A stretch of DNA of 64,000 bases, from the NCBI RefSeq assembly GCF_006345805.1, contig NC_042999.1, positions 172,298,001 through 172,362,000 of the forward strand, given 5' to 3'. Below are positions 12,973 to 25,905 of the stretch, one piece after another. This stretch comes from Octopus sinensis (taxonomy: Eukaryota). The notes beneath the pieces were generated by a model that saw only the letters and a list, made by a program, of their open reading frames with translations, was not told the DNA's origin and made no database searches. Made by a program: the position numbers and the translations under genes. Each line of letters starts with the position of its first letter. The stretch's first letter is position 1.

Positions 12973-13380
12973 AATTCAAATTTTGTTGTAAATACTGTAG
13001 TCTTGCATAGGTAACGCACTTGCTACTGGCATTCTACTGTACCATGCTCTCTCTTCTTTTCAACTGTCTAATACTTTCCTGATTTTTTATGGCCATGTGA
13101 AGGAAGCAAAGATTTTGTAGCAGTTCTACTGGGCGCTCTATTCCGATTTCTGATACTTTCCCCAAGGACGCAAAAATAATTGGCACTATCTTTACCTACA
13201 TTATTTTCCATAGCCGGGCTATTTCGTGCTTAAGGGGATTGTATATGTCTATTTTTACGCCATCCTTCTTGAGTATTCATCTGTCTTATTGGTACACAGC
13301 ATCGATTATATAGCACACGTGGTTCAACTTATCCACCACCACTAGGTCCAGCTTTGTTATACTTTAGCATCTGGTCCGTG
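12962..13380 (-). mobile_element. Dong/R4-type (restriction-like endonuclease) non-LTR retrotransposon 3' fragment
   Basis: Minus strand encodes ..KLDLVVVDKLNHVCYIID..LKHEIARLWK..KIVPIIF.. (PD-(D/E)xK-type region); its 3' UTR is homologous to the 56830-57880 copy and ends in (AAT)n. Confidence 0.75.
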
Positions 13381-14452
13381 CTTCCACGTTTTTGTTCGTA
13401 AGTTGCTTTTTTATCATACTTAATACTCCAATTATTACTGATATTCTGTGACATTGTATTATTTTCTGTATGGGACTACAGTGACAAGAATTGGTGTAGA
13501 GTCACAAGATTACAAAGGAAGACGAAGCCTATTATTCACTACTAGAGGAGTGAGGAAGGCAGATACTTCCGGTATAGGACATTCGGATAAGCTACGGGTT
13601 GGGCGTTTCGTGTATATGTATATATTCCTGTTCTAGTGAAGGTAGACGGAAGAGGGAAATAGACAGAAGATAACATGATGAAAGAAGAAGGGTACAAGGT
13701 GCGTAGTACCTGATACGGATGATAACAATATGGAATTAGAGAAAGAATGAAGCTTCCTTCTCTGAATCTTTCCATTAAAGTAATATATGCAGTGCGATAA
13801 CGGCTCCATCAAGGGTAAAAGAGATAGAGAATGTGTGAAGCATCTTTAAATACGGGGTTGATGTCTGGAGGAAGAAAAATGACCATCATGTTTTAGGGAC
13901 ACTAGAGAGAAATGGTGAGAAACTTAGTAGAAAACGTTGCGAAAGAAGAAGGAAATTGCAGAAGTACGCATGCTGTCGTATATCGGAAATAAATATTGCA
14001 GTATATTTCACTGACTAGTTTAAGCTCATTGGGTATAAAATTAGGTTTATCATTGTGTCGGTACAACCAACTTACCTGTATTTTAATGATTAAAGCCGGA
14101 ATGAAAGTAAAATATAGAAGGTCATTTGTGCTACAAATAAGGTATGATTACACGTGTTTGTCTTTAATCATAAGTTACAGTAAACAAAAGTGTTACACTA
14201 CATAACATTGTATACAAAAATAAATCCATAACAGAAACTTCAAATCTATAGAACATTTTACATGATAGCGTTGTTTATCTCTGTGTTTAAACGTTGAACC
14301 TCTCATCAGGTTGACTCTGTATGTAGAAGAACAATAGCCGGCGATATAAGCACTATTATAGGAAATCAATACATTGATTTATTTATCGTTTCTTTCAAAC
14401 AATATGTGTGTAAGTGTGAATGTGCGTATGTGCGTATATACATATGTATATG

Positions 14453-14522
<70 letters not shown>

Positions 14523-14782
14523 TGTATGTATATGTATACACATATAAATAAACAAATGGAAATATATGGATATATGTGTATTTAGTGAGATGAGAGAGAG
14601 ATAGGCTTCCTTAGATGTACGATTGTTTGTGTTGACAGTAATTCTCCTTCTGACTGACATTTATCAAAGTCTTTCCATATTGATCATTTTAGACTGTATA
14701 TGTGCACACACATTTATGTACGTATATTTATATGTGTGTGTGAATGTGTGAGTGCCTTTGAATGTGATTCCAAGTGTGTATA

Positions 14783-14846
<64 letters not shown>

Positions 14847-14995
14847 CATATATATATATATATACATATATATATACATATACATATATACATATATATA
14901 TACATATATACATATATATATACATATATACATATATATATACATATATACATATATACATATATATATAATATATATATATACATATATATACA

Positions 14996-15027
<32 letters not shown>

Positions 15028-15039
15028 ATATATATATAT

Positions 15040-15081
<42 letters not shown>

Positions 15082-15446
15082 GTATGTATGTATGTGTGTG
15101 TATTGTAATCAGCTCCCACGTGACAACAATAGGTAACGTAATTATGAAAAGATTATTGTCTATATCAGTTTGAAGAAAAAAGGAATAGATGTTTTCTAAG
15201 TTAATTATAATGCATAACGTAGGACGGTTGCTGATGACGTTAGTGATAATATTGACATTAACAAAACTATCGTTGTCCATAATGTTCACAATTATTTTAT
15301 TCATATGCTGCTGGTTTGATGTAGACAAACTCAAACTGGAAATCAGGAAATGTAAGTTATTTGTCACTGAGTTCAACACCTCTTCATACATAGATACTTA
15401 TATGCATACACACCCATGTACATACTAATCAGCATACGTAAAAATA

Positions 15447-15542
<96 letters not shown>

Positions 15543-15894
15543 AAACATCAACAATATATTTCATAAACAATGAAGAAACTTGAAATGAACCATCGCGCAA
15601 GACATCTATGATAAGCACGGAAGAAAATTTAGCCCAGGGAAATACGATATAGCCCCAATTATATTTGTAATCACAGGAAAAAATACATGTAAGCATGCAT
15701 ACACACAACAAACACACACACATGTAAAAACATAGGTTTGTAAGCGTATATACATATATAAATACATACATACATATATATATAATATATATATACATAT
15801 ATATAATTAATTAAGGGTAGAAATCAATATTTATCAATTAAAACCAGTGGTCTAACATATTAAAAAAATCCGAAGATTAAATATTTATATATAC

Positions 15895-16202
15895 CAATTA
15901 AGTACAGAACACGAAAAAGTGGACAGTCAACATGCTAGATATAGACGTCAAATTGCCATTCTCCATAAAAGATTATGTTCTCAGATTAAACTCAACACCA
16001 ACCCAAGCAATAAACAAGTGAAACTATACGAAAAATAATACCCATCCATGGATGAGTATTATTTTTCGTATATTTTCACTTGTTTATTGCTTGGGTTGGT
16101 GTTGAGTTTGATCTGAGAACATAATCTTTTGTGGAGAATGGCGATTTGACGTCTATATCTAGCATGTTGACTGTCCACTTTTTCGTGTTCAGTCCTTAAT
16201 TG
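15895..16202. repeat. Near-perfect 308-bp palindrome (154-bp arms, no spacer)
   Basis: Centre CATCCA|TGGATG at 16048/16049; I count about 7 mismatches across the arms; flanked by (TA)n tracts. Confidence 0.95.
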
Positions 16203-16285
16203 CTATACATATATATATATATATATATATTCGTTTTGCAACATTCTTGATGTGAAATCGTGTGTTGAAACAGATATTGTTTTAA

Positions 16286-16440
16286 CTAGGGATGGCCATG
16301 TTGCCAGTTTAGCCAATAAAAAACACGTACTATGTATTTGGTGTTAATTTGCAGATATATTTTGTGTTAATAAAGCAAATTAGCACCAAATATATAGTGC
16401 GTGTGTTCTATTGGCTAAACTGGCAACATGACCGTCCCGA
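16286..16440. mobile_element. MITE-like element with ~64-bp terminal inverted repeats
   Basis: GGGATGGCCATGTTGCCAGTTTAGCCAATA...AATTTGC versus GCAAATT...TATTGGCTAAACTGGCAACATGACCGTCCC, with a short AT-rich spacer. Confidence 0.75.
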
Positions 16441-16479
16441 AATACAGCAATAGATATGTATATATATGTATGTATACGG

Positions 16480-16539
16480 AAAAAAGTCAAGATAGAAAAT
16501 GCTAAACAAATTTTATAAAAAACATTTCAGTACCGGTTT
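16480..16539 (-). repeat. Truncated copy of the hammerhead-associated arm of the 19728-20010 element
   Basis: AAAAAAGTCAAGATAGAAAATGCTAAAC...CATTTCAGTACCGGTTT is homologous to 19730-19792 and breaks off into (TA)n inside the ribozyme core. Confidence 0.8.
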
Positions 16540-16554
16540 ATATATATATATATT

Positions 16555-16589
<35 letters not shown>

Positions 16590-19014
16590 ATCTATATCTA
16601 TAAAAGAGAGATTTATGTGAGTGTGTATGTGTCAGTGTACGCATGGGCGCGTACGTTCCTTATGCATTCCAAAACCGACTTGCTTTTTGTGACGAATGGG
16701 TTATCAAGGACTCAGTACTATTTCCGCTACCAACTAAACTTTAGTTTCATTGATGTATTTCTATTACAAACATTTAAAATTATAATCTTCTCCATAACTC
16801 AACTATCGTAAACATTTTATACGACGACGACGACGACGACGGACGACGATGACGTAAAATTTTCTATATGAGTGTGCACCTTAAAACACATCTATCATTA
16901 CGACACACACCTTCACTCACTCTGTCTCTCTCTTTCTCTCTCTCGAACACCCACAAACACGCATGCACACGCCTCTTTCATATACACGTACATACATCTT
17001 TCACGTTCTCATTTCTTTCACCTTCTCTAATTTTCGCTTTCTCTTTTCTTTCAAATTCTGCTCTCTTCAAAGCATAAAGAGATTAATTTTTACAGAATGA
17101 CCAAATGAAACGCAGAATGAGAAAAAGACAGAGATAAGAAAATGAAACAGAGACAGAAAACAACTTGCTATAGGAAAAGCAGAAAGACGGATAACGTGTG
17201 AGAGACAGACGCTGATGTTTCATGCCCTATGTATGTTCTTTAGTTGAAAGTGAAAGAAAGCCAGCACAAAATTGATACTGTATGTTATATAGGTGAAGGT
17301 GAAAAAAAGTGGCACAGATCGAGGGGGAAAGCGGGAGAGAGGGAGACGCCGAGAACCCCAGAAATGAGGTCGTGTCGTACAATTTTAAGTCATTTTCACT
17401 TTCGTCCCATGTTACACGCGTGCGTAGACTTAATCACTATATCTTTCATTTTCCCATTATAATGTACCGAGACCTTCTAATTTGACATATTACAACTTCA
17501 CTACGTCGTTCCTTTGGAATTACGCAAGGTATGCAAAAATAACTTCCTTTGGCATGCACACAGAGTTAAAGTTCCCTATGCATTATTTTACTTTTTGCTG
17601 TTCGCTAAATTACAGTTCAAATCCTATGGAAGTTAACTTTTTCTATTCTGTCGGTACCAAAAAAAGGCTAATACCAAATCCATCTTCTATTTCCTGAATG
17701 GATTATTATCTCAACTAACACTGCGGAATTCCTGAAGTAGATCCAACAGAAATATACCCTAACTGCGGATGTTACCATGTAGCCCAAAGTGTGCTGGCAC
17801 TTTGCTCAAAACATCAGCACTCTAATTGACATATACCGAGTAGTCCATAAATTACACGCGCACACACTCACGAGCACATGAACATACATACACACATGGA
17901 TCAGATGCCACATGCACCCATCCTAGACATTCATGCACGCGCGCGCATATACTCTCTCCGGCTAAGTTCCTTTGAATATCAGATAGTTAGTGAGAAGCCA
18001 CCATTTCCCTACTCAACCACGCAGTCCAAGGACGTCTCATGAATTCAATTTTCTTGTAATGTCAAGAACACCATGTGAAAATACTGAACCAAAACTAGTT
18101 CAGCTTCCACTCTGAGGAGCTACATTCTTGTGACAAACCCATGGAACTTTAATATGCATGGGGCCATACCCTATTGCTTCACGTAATAAATAATAACAGT
18201 ATGTCTGTGGTTACATATACGTGTGTGTATATACACATATATATGTTTGTGTGTGTGAGTGTGTCTGTGTGTGTGTGTGTGTGTGTGCGTATGTGTGTAC
18301 ACAAGCACTCACCCCACGAAGGAATTTTTCCTTGCATGTATTTATATTCATAACATTTTATATAAAAACATGACATCATTGTAAGTTGCCTAAATGTTAT
18401 ATAACATACAGTAATATATATCATCTTTACCCGTAGTAATCTGTTTATATAGTCAACAGGTTCTTACATTAATCATGTTATCAATCATAAAAGTCCAATA
18501 TTGGGAAACATCAAAGTTTATTCCAAATAAATGTAACTGTTATTGGGAAATAGCAATACAGTAAATCTCGTGACTAGAAAAAACATATTAAAAGAAAATA
18601 TAACTAGATTCATACAAGCAAATACGGATAAATGTGTGCATATGTGTGCATTTATAGGTACACAAACACACATATATATATGTATGTATACACAGATACG
18701 CATTCGCACACAAACATATTTGTATATATATATCTATAATATATAACGACTTCGAAAAACAGATCATATATTATATAACTTACATTTCGTTTTACTTATT
18801 TAAAAATCAATAAAAACTTAATAATAGTCTTTGTTCATTTAGGCTTTTGTTTGGTTTATAGTAAATATGCGAGCACTCTTGGCTAAAGTGTTTCATAATA
18901 CGTTTTTCGTTTTTGCAGTACGGTGGCATTTTTCTTTCAATTCTATAAATTACCGTTTGCTTTTGCTTCTACAGACGTATATTACATATTACATGTAAAA
19001 CATAGCAATAAATG

Positions 19015-19260
19015 TTAATAACATGTTGTAAATAGTGTACTTAATATGTAAACAGTCAATCTAAATGTGATGAAGTACATATCAAATCTGGATAGAAGTG
19101 TAAATACACCGACGATGAATTTATGATTTACAGCTTTGTCGAGATCCAGAGCAGCATGATACAACACGCAGTAAAAGATACACAAGCTCTCGATATTTCT
19201 TTTTTCTAGTAATGGGGCGGAGAGGCTTGAATCATTGACAGGATTTATCAAATAATATTT
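19015..19260 (-). mobile_element. CR1-like LINE RT C-terminal remnant
   Basis: ..NDSSLSAPLLEKRNIESLCIFYCVLY.. resembles the CR1-type C-terminal motif (D.SL...L.PL.HRR.V.SL.LFYRYY). Confidence 0.45.
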
Positions 19261-19727
19261 TATACTTGATATACTAATGTGTTAGTCTTTTAACAAATAC
19301 TTTTTAGAAATGTATCTTGAGTGTAAGCAGCTAGTAACGTAAGTCGACTTCAAAGTAAACACTTCAAAACATACGCTCAAACATTATATTATGTGTCTTG
19401 TTTGTATCTGTGTAGAGAATGTATGTATGAAGCTATATAAGTAACCATGAAGTCACAGCGTAACTCATTAAAAAGTATTTATTTGCTTTAATAATAAATG
19501 TGAGTTGTGTGTGTGTAAATATATTATATATATATATATGTATGTATATATGGATATAAATATATATATATATATGTATGTATGTATATATGAATATAAA
19601 TATATATATGTATGTATATATGAATATAAATATATATATATATATAATATATATATATATATATTATATATATATATATTATATATATATATATATATAT
19701 AATATAATATATATATATATATATATA

Positions 19728-20010
19728 TGAAAAAATAAGTCAAAATAGAAAATGCTAAAATAATTTTATAGTGAACATTTCAGTACCGGTTTCGGTCATT
19801 TTGAGACCTTTTCAACTGTAACGATTAAATAATTAAATTTAGAAAATTAGAAGAAAAGTTTTTTTAAGGAATATTTCTATAGTAGTGTTCAGATATAAGT
19901 GGCATTCTGCCTTTCTCTGACTCCCTTGTTTGCACTTGTGTGTTGGAGGTCCTCCTGAAATGTTCACTATAAAATTATATTAGCATTTTCTATTTTGACT
20001 TATTTTTTCA
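19728..20010. mobile_element. (TA)n-anchored fold-back element with 56-bp inverted arms and an internal hammerhead motif (Penelope pLTR-like)
   Basis: Arms 19728-19783 and 19955-20010 match at 55/56; both end outward in ...TTTTTTCA|TATATA. Confidence 0.8.
19778..19821 (-). ncRNA. Minimal type-I hammerhead ribozyme motif, U3:A8 variant
   Basis: Minus strand TTACAG-TTGAAAA-GGTC(TCAAAAT)GACC-GAAA-CCGG-TA^CTGAAA: 4-bp stem II, palindromic stem III ACCGGT, GUA triplet, stem I CAG/CTG (+TT/AA). Confidence 0.7.
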
Positions 20011-20045
20011 TATATATCAACTCGTGTGTTCCTTTTCACCCTTAT

Positions 20046-20116
<71 letters not shown>

Positions 20117-20554
20117 GTTTTGTATATTTGTATATATATGTATATGTATGCGTGCATGTATGTATGTTTGTATGCATATCCATGTATGTACGTACCTATG
20201 TATGGATATGTATGTAAGGATGGATGGAGGGATGGATGAACAGATACGTATGTGAGAGTTCTTGCATACTTACACACATTAAGACAGATTATAATAGGTA
20301 AACGGGTAGCTTGGCATATAAGTATAAAAGTAGTCTGAAGGTGAGCGCGCCTATTTGTGTGCAAGTTTACACGCGCGCTAATATAATATATATACTGTAT
20401 GTAGTACTGGAACCGCCATATTCAAATGACGCAGATTGGACGACACAGCGACACAGAAACAAGGCTTGGTTTGAAAAAGCCATCTGAGTGAACTGGGGAA
20501 ATTTAGGAGCTTGAAAATTATGTATGGACGTAGGTGTGTATTACGTATGTATTA

Positions 20555-20720
20555 TCTATTATATAAAATCCGTTCTGTCTGTCTGTGGGTGTGTCTTATA
20601 GGATCTCGGGCATCCTCCATCAGATTGCGCTCAAATTTGATATGTAGATAACGACGGTATCAGAGCGTGTATAAGTTCTGAAACAATTACAAAAATCGAT
20701 TCCAGGTGAGAATGCGATTT
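20555..20720 (+). mobile_element. Possible non-autonomous Helitron/Helentron-like 5' segment
   Basis: Starts TCTATTATATAAAA followed by CTGTCTGTCTGT, a terminus style typical of these elements; no 3' hairpin identified. Confidence 0.35.
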
Positions 20721-20774
20721 GCTTTAAATGTTTCACAACTGAGCACCATCCATTGGAAGTTTGATAAACTTAGG

Positions 20775-21190
20775 TATTTTTCGAACAAAGACTGGTCAGG
20801 CCGTGTGTAACTTAATAGCACCACCTGATAGGATTATCTAAATTCTTTTCAAGTCAAGGTCTGTACTATCATGATCCATTCAAGTAGTGATTTCATGCTG
20901 AGTGAGTTGTATCCAGGTATAGGTGGCGTATCTGGTGTTCCTTGAAGAAATTTGTCCACACTTCGTTTAAAGGTGGTGGGATCCTTTCCTCCTTGATCAG
21001 TTTTGCGACAATGTTAAACAGGGCAGGGCCTGTTCAGAAAAAGAAATCTTTAGATGTGCTTTTACTATGTTTTGTCGCAATTTTCTTCATGTTCATTAAA
21101 ACAGACGCGTATACACATTGCTTTATTTATAAGATGTATGCATTGGTAAGGTTGCAGCTGTCGTTTAATCTTGTTTCTCTTTCGATATGA
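20775..21190 (-). mobile_element. CR1/L2-type LINE 3' end remnant
   Basis: Minus strand TGPALFNIV..KEERDPTTFKRSVDKFLQGTPDTP is homologous to GPQLFNILP..FKSKLDIFLSRVPDEP of the 45570-47190 copy. Confidence 0.7.
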
Positions 21191-23560
21191 TTTATGCGAA
21201 TGAAGATTGAAATATTTTTAAATACATAATATATAATTATCTGTGCATAAGTATAAATTATGTTTCGAATAAACATTCTCAACATTTACGGGGTTAGGCA
21301 TGGATGCATGTCCAGTTCACTGAATTAGATTTGGGAAATTAAAAGACGGTTGGCTATTCTTCATTGCTTATATTCGGAGATTTTCAATACGCCATGTTTG
21401 GAGATTTTTCAATACTGTTTTCGTGAAGAAACTGTGTTAAGCTATTAATACAGTGTATATGATCACTTTAAACTTGTGGCGAATATGCTTGTCATTGTTG
21501 TTTATTCACAAACGAGTTCTAATCCAGAATATCTATGGTCAAAATATTTCTACACATTTACAGCTGTTTGATAATTTCATATTTATAGTTGGTGATCAGT
21601 GAATTACAATTTTCAAGTATCTTTTCTTAAGATGGCAGCTTATTACTTGAAAGAATTTTCCTAGTGTTACATGTGAACAGAGATTCTTTCAAGTGGGTAA
21701 TTTTAACCAATTTATGAAAGAGAAGCAGCAGATGAATCACTGAATATATTATGTGTTTGTATGTGTGCGTGTGTGTGTATCTGTGTGTGTGCAACTCTTT
21801 ACAATCCGTGCTCAAATTCCTACTTTTTCTCTTTGGTTTTCAAGATTTATTCGATAAAATAAATAGTAAATTTACAATTTAGTTTAGTTTAATTACCTAT
21901 GCGTCCACAATGCACAATTGTAGATTTGAATTATAATGAGCAAACAAGTGTTCGCTTTGACATCATTGTTAATTGAAACACAGACACACACACACAATAT
22001 ATTCACTGATCCATTGTAAAATTCAACGCCTTACACTTGCTAAGAGTGAGGCGTTAAATTTTACACTACTTTTATTGGACAATATAATCTATTTCATGAG
22101 TCCAGTGTTACTTTTCATGTATACTGCTGAAATATGTGACGAACTATTTCAGCTCTTCTCAAATGTCATCTCTTTGTGGATAATTGATATTATATGTAAT
22201 TGAGACGTACCTGATTGGAACATATATTAATCCATGATATTTATAGTATTAGCTATGATTTATGGAAGTAGTATTGAATAAATGATATTTAATGCGTTAT
22301 TAAATTCAGTTAACAACTGGTTACAGACAGATATTAATTCGTATGTATTATTTACAAGTCTAAAATACATATGGTTACGGCTTTGCAAATATGACATTCT
22401 ATCATTTTACTTAATACTTGGAGGTCATATTTATCTGTAGAAAAAAAACAGTAACAAAATGTCACGAATGAAGTAGCCATTTTAATAAAATATTTATCAT
22501 GTTTATTCCAAAAGCCACTAATGTATAAATCAGACAGACAAAAACAAAATCAAGTTTCCAACCAAGTTTGTTTAAGAAATTCAAGAATATATACTTAGTA
22601 TCTGTAACGCGTAGAGGCTTATGGGTACAAATTACACAAATGTATTTTGTACGTTGAAATATAAAGTGACGTTTTTTAATTTTACTGTGATATTATTTCT
22701 TTCTCCCTCTCTTCCGTTATATTTCTCTTTCCCTGTCTCTCTCTCTTTCTCTTCCCGTTTTCCTTCACTCTTTCTCTTACAAGATACGTAAATATTATAT
22801 AATAACACCAGCATTGTTTCTTGACAATCTTAGAGATGTGGTTTGTCCAACGCAAGTTGCTGTTTACTGTAATGGCCAGATCACGTCTGCTAGAAGATTT
22901 CTAAAAGTTTGTGTTGCTAAGGGAGCATGTAAAGGCTGAATTTAGATATATATTCCTACGACGTCTATTCGACATCTCTCCCTTCCACTCTCTCCCTTCA
23001 GATCCTCTCTCTCTTTCTCCCCTTCCTTCTATGCTGCCACCGGTTAAATGCTTTTGCTTTCCATCTCTGCTTTGTGTTTCTCTCTGCCCGCTAACACTCG
23101 TCTGCTGCCCACTACTGAAATGTGACCTGTGGCCATCTTACCTCCTAAACACGCTGAGCAAGCTGTTGTATTTTCTGTCGTCTCCTATGGTATTTATCTT
23201 TCACTGCCCTACTGTTAATTCTTGAGGATATTCTCCTGACGTTAACCATTTCTGTCTCCTGTCTGGCCCTAGGGAGGAATTCTTTTTTATTGACTTCTTG
23301 AATTGCATTAATTCCAAATCTGTATGTTCAGTTTCAGCATCGCATATTTGTTTGTTTCTTCATTGTTTGTTAATTCTTTCGCATGTTTGGTTCCTTCCTT
23401 TTTGACTCGCCATTTCTCCCAGGCTTTTGCGAAATTGTGTTTCACGCTCTAGCAGAAAACTCATGAAGATTTGGTGGTGGCATTCGGTGTCTGATTTTCC
23501 TTTGTGCATTTATTATGTTTTTAACTTGTTTAATGGACCGCCCTACGGTTTTATATATAT

Positions 23561-23660
<100 letters not shown>

Positions 23661-24341
23661 TGTATATTGTATGATGTATGTATATGGCAAATTGTACCGT
23701 AGTCATAGGCAGAGGAATAAAGATGAAGAGAGAGTAATAGACGATATCTCCACATCTTCTACCACCTGATGCTTTCATTGAAAGATTTTCGACGAAGACA
23801 ATAAAGCTGACCAGCTTTGAGACAGAACTTGAAATTATGTGGATATATTATGAAATTCGTAACCACGCAGCCACGCCTCTACATGTTGATATACGTTTGT
23901 ACGAATGTGAGTGTGAGCATGCCTTTCAACATGAACAAATATACACAGACATACGAATGTGTATATATATAATCAACAAATATGAATGTATGTATGCGTG
24001 CATGTTTTTATGTATATACAAGCGCTATCACAGCTTCCAGTTCAGATACTCATCAAGAGTTATCTCTTTTGCGACCGTATGTCTTCAGAGCAAATCAACT
24101 TTCTTATTTGTCTAACGTGAATTCATGTCGACTTCTTCACAACACGAATGCGCAGGAATACAGAACAATGCACTAATACAGAACAATGGGCCTTTTCATC
24201 ACCCATTGATAGTCAAGAGAACAGTCATTAGAGTTGTTCGATTACATAATATCGTGAAAAAACGATTTGCTAAGATTGACTGTATTCTCTCATTTAAAAA
24301 TATATGAATGTGTATTTTTCCTAACGTGTCTTTCATCACGG

Positions 24342-24419
<78 letters not shown>

Positions 24420-25603
24420 CTGTTTTACTGTATGTCTGTCTGTCTGTTTGCATGATTCATTGGGATCGTGTACAATGCCAGCAACTCTGCATCTGAAATA
24501 TTAACCGACGCTGAAGTAAACATCCAGCCTCAAGCATGCAATCCTATGTATGTTTAGATTTTGCTTTCATTTCAATGTCTCCTCGGTGACATTGACATTC
24601 TACTTCTGGGCCCCTCTTATTGAAGAGGTTGCATTTGTGCCACGATATGAGTTGTGATCTCATTTTTACACATGATTGTCATAGCATGTCTGATGGATTC
24701 TATTCGGATTTATATTCACGAAATCGATGCACTTTTCACATGTGTTATGAAATCTGCATAATGATGATGCATACATCTAATTACAACTATGTGTTTTTTG
24801 GTTGAAGTAGGAAATAGATACTAATACCCCAGATAATTCATAAGCTCAATTTTGCTCTCCTTTTGAATAAGTGTCTATGTTAAATTTGTGAAAATATATG
24901 TTATGATATCAAGCCTTCGTATTACTCAAATTCATTTCTTCTATTTAGAAAAAAGAAATGAATAAATACAACTTGTACTATTATATAGTATATTTAAAAT
25001 TGCCCCTATTTTTGTTACACATTTATTAATATAAGGCTTATTAGTTATCGTAGATTACAGTATTTAACCGTGCGGAAAGTATTAATTTGGGAAAATATTT
25101 TCTGCACAATTTTCAGAAAGAGTAGAGTCATAATCATCGTCATTTCAGATACAATAGTATCGTTTTGTAAGTTGATGATATGCGTTTGTAAATAATTTTC
25201 CGTAAAATATCACGATGAAACAGTTTCAATGCAATCAATGAATATTCTAACAACTTGGTTTGTGAAAAATACCAGACTTCCCCGAGAGAGACAATGATCA
25301 AATTCTTCGGTTGAAGACAATGTTTCATAAAGATTTCTTTTGATCTAATAATATATATAATAGTACGTCAGGGAGATATTGACAATTCTCAGCTCACCTG
25401 AGAATAATATTGTACAAGCAATACATCTACTTTCTTTTGTATAATTCAAGAAACTGATTCCCGCAGGCGTTATGTCTGTTGTACATCTGCTAAAATATAG
25501 TAATTCTCTCGATGGTAAACGGTGAGTCAGGATATATTGCCAACTTCGTATGGTTAAATCATTAAAATCAAAAGTAATGGTTAGTTTCCCAATATAATAT
25601 TTA

Positions 25604-25905
25604 GGCGGGTCAGTGTGTTTAGCTGGCAAATTCGTTAGTAGGGTCAATGTGGTTACCTGGCAGATTCGTTAGTACCCTGGCCAAAATGCTTACAATTCAA
25701 ATTTCGCCGTAGCGGGTCAATTTGGTTAGGTGGCAGAACCGTAATACCCTGGCCAAAACGCTTACAATTCAAATTCTACCGAGGTCGACTTTGCCTTTCA
25801 TACTTTCAAGGTCGATAAAGTAAGTACCAGTCGAGCTCAGGGATCGACGTAATCAACTAAATCCATCCCATGAAATTGCTAGCCTGGTGCCAAAATTTGA
25901 AGCTA
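25604..25905 (+). mobile_element. Nin/Deu-domain SINE with a tandemly triplicated head
   Basis: Three GGGTCA..T.TT..(C/G)TGGCA.A..CGT.A.TA units precede ATTCAAATTCTACCGAGGTCGACTTTGCCTTTCAT...AAGTACCAG. Confidence 0.8.

Noticed and set aside
15813-15880. AAAACCAGTGGTC as a possible hammerhead stem III with GUC triplet
   Set aside because: G12 and the upstream CUGANGA core are missing in both copies of the module.
22900-23520. Possible minus-strand retroelement ORF1 remnant
   Set aside because: Only compositional resemblance, with multiple stops and no clear motif.
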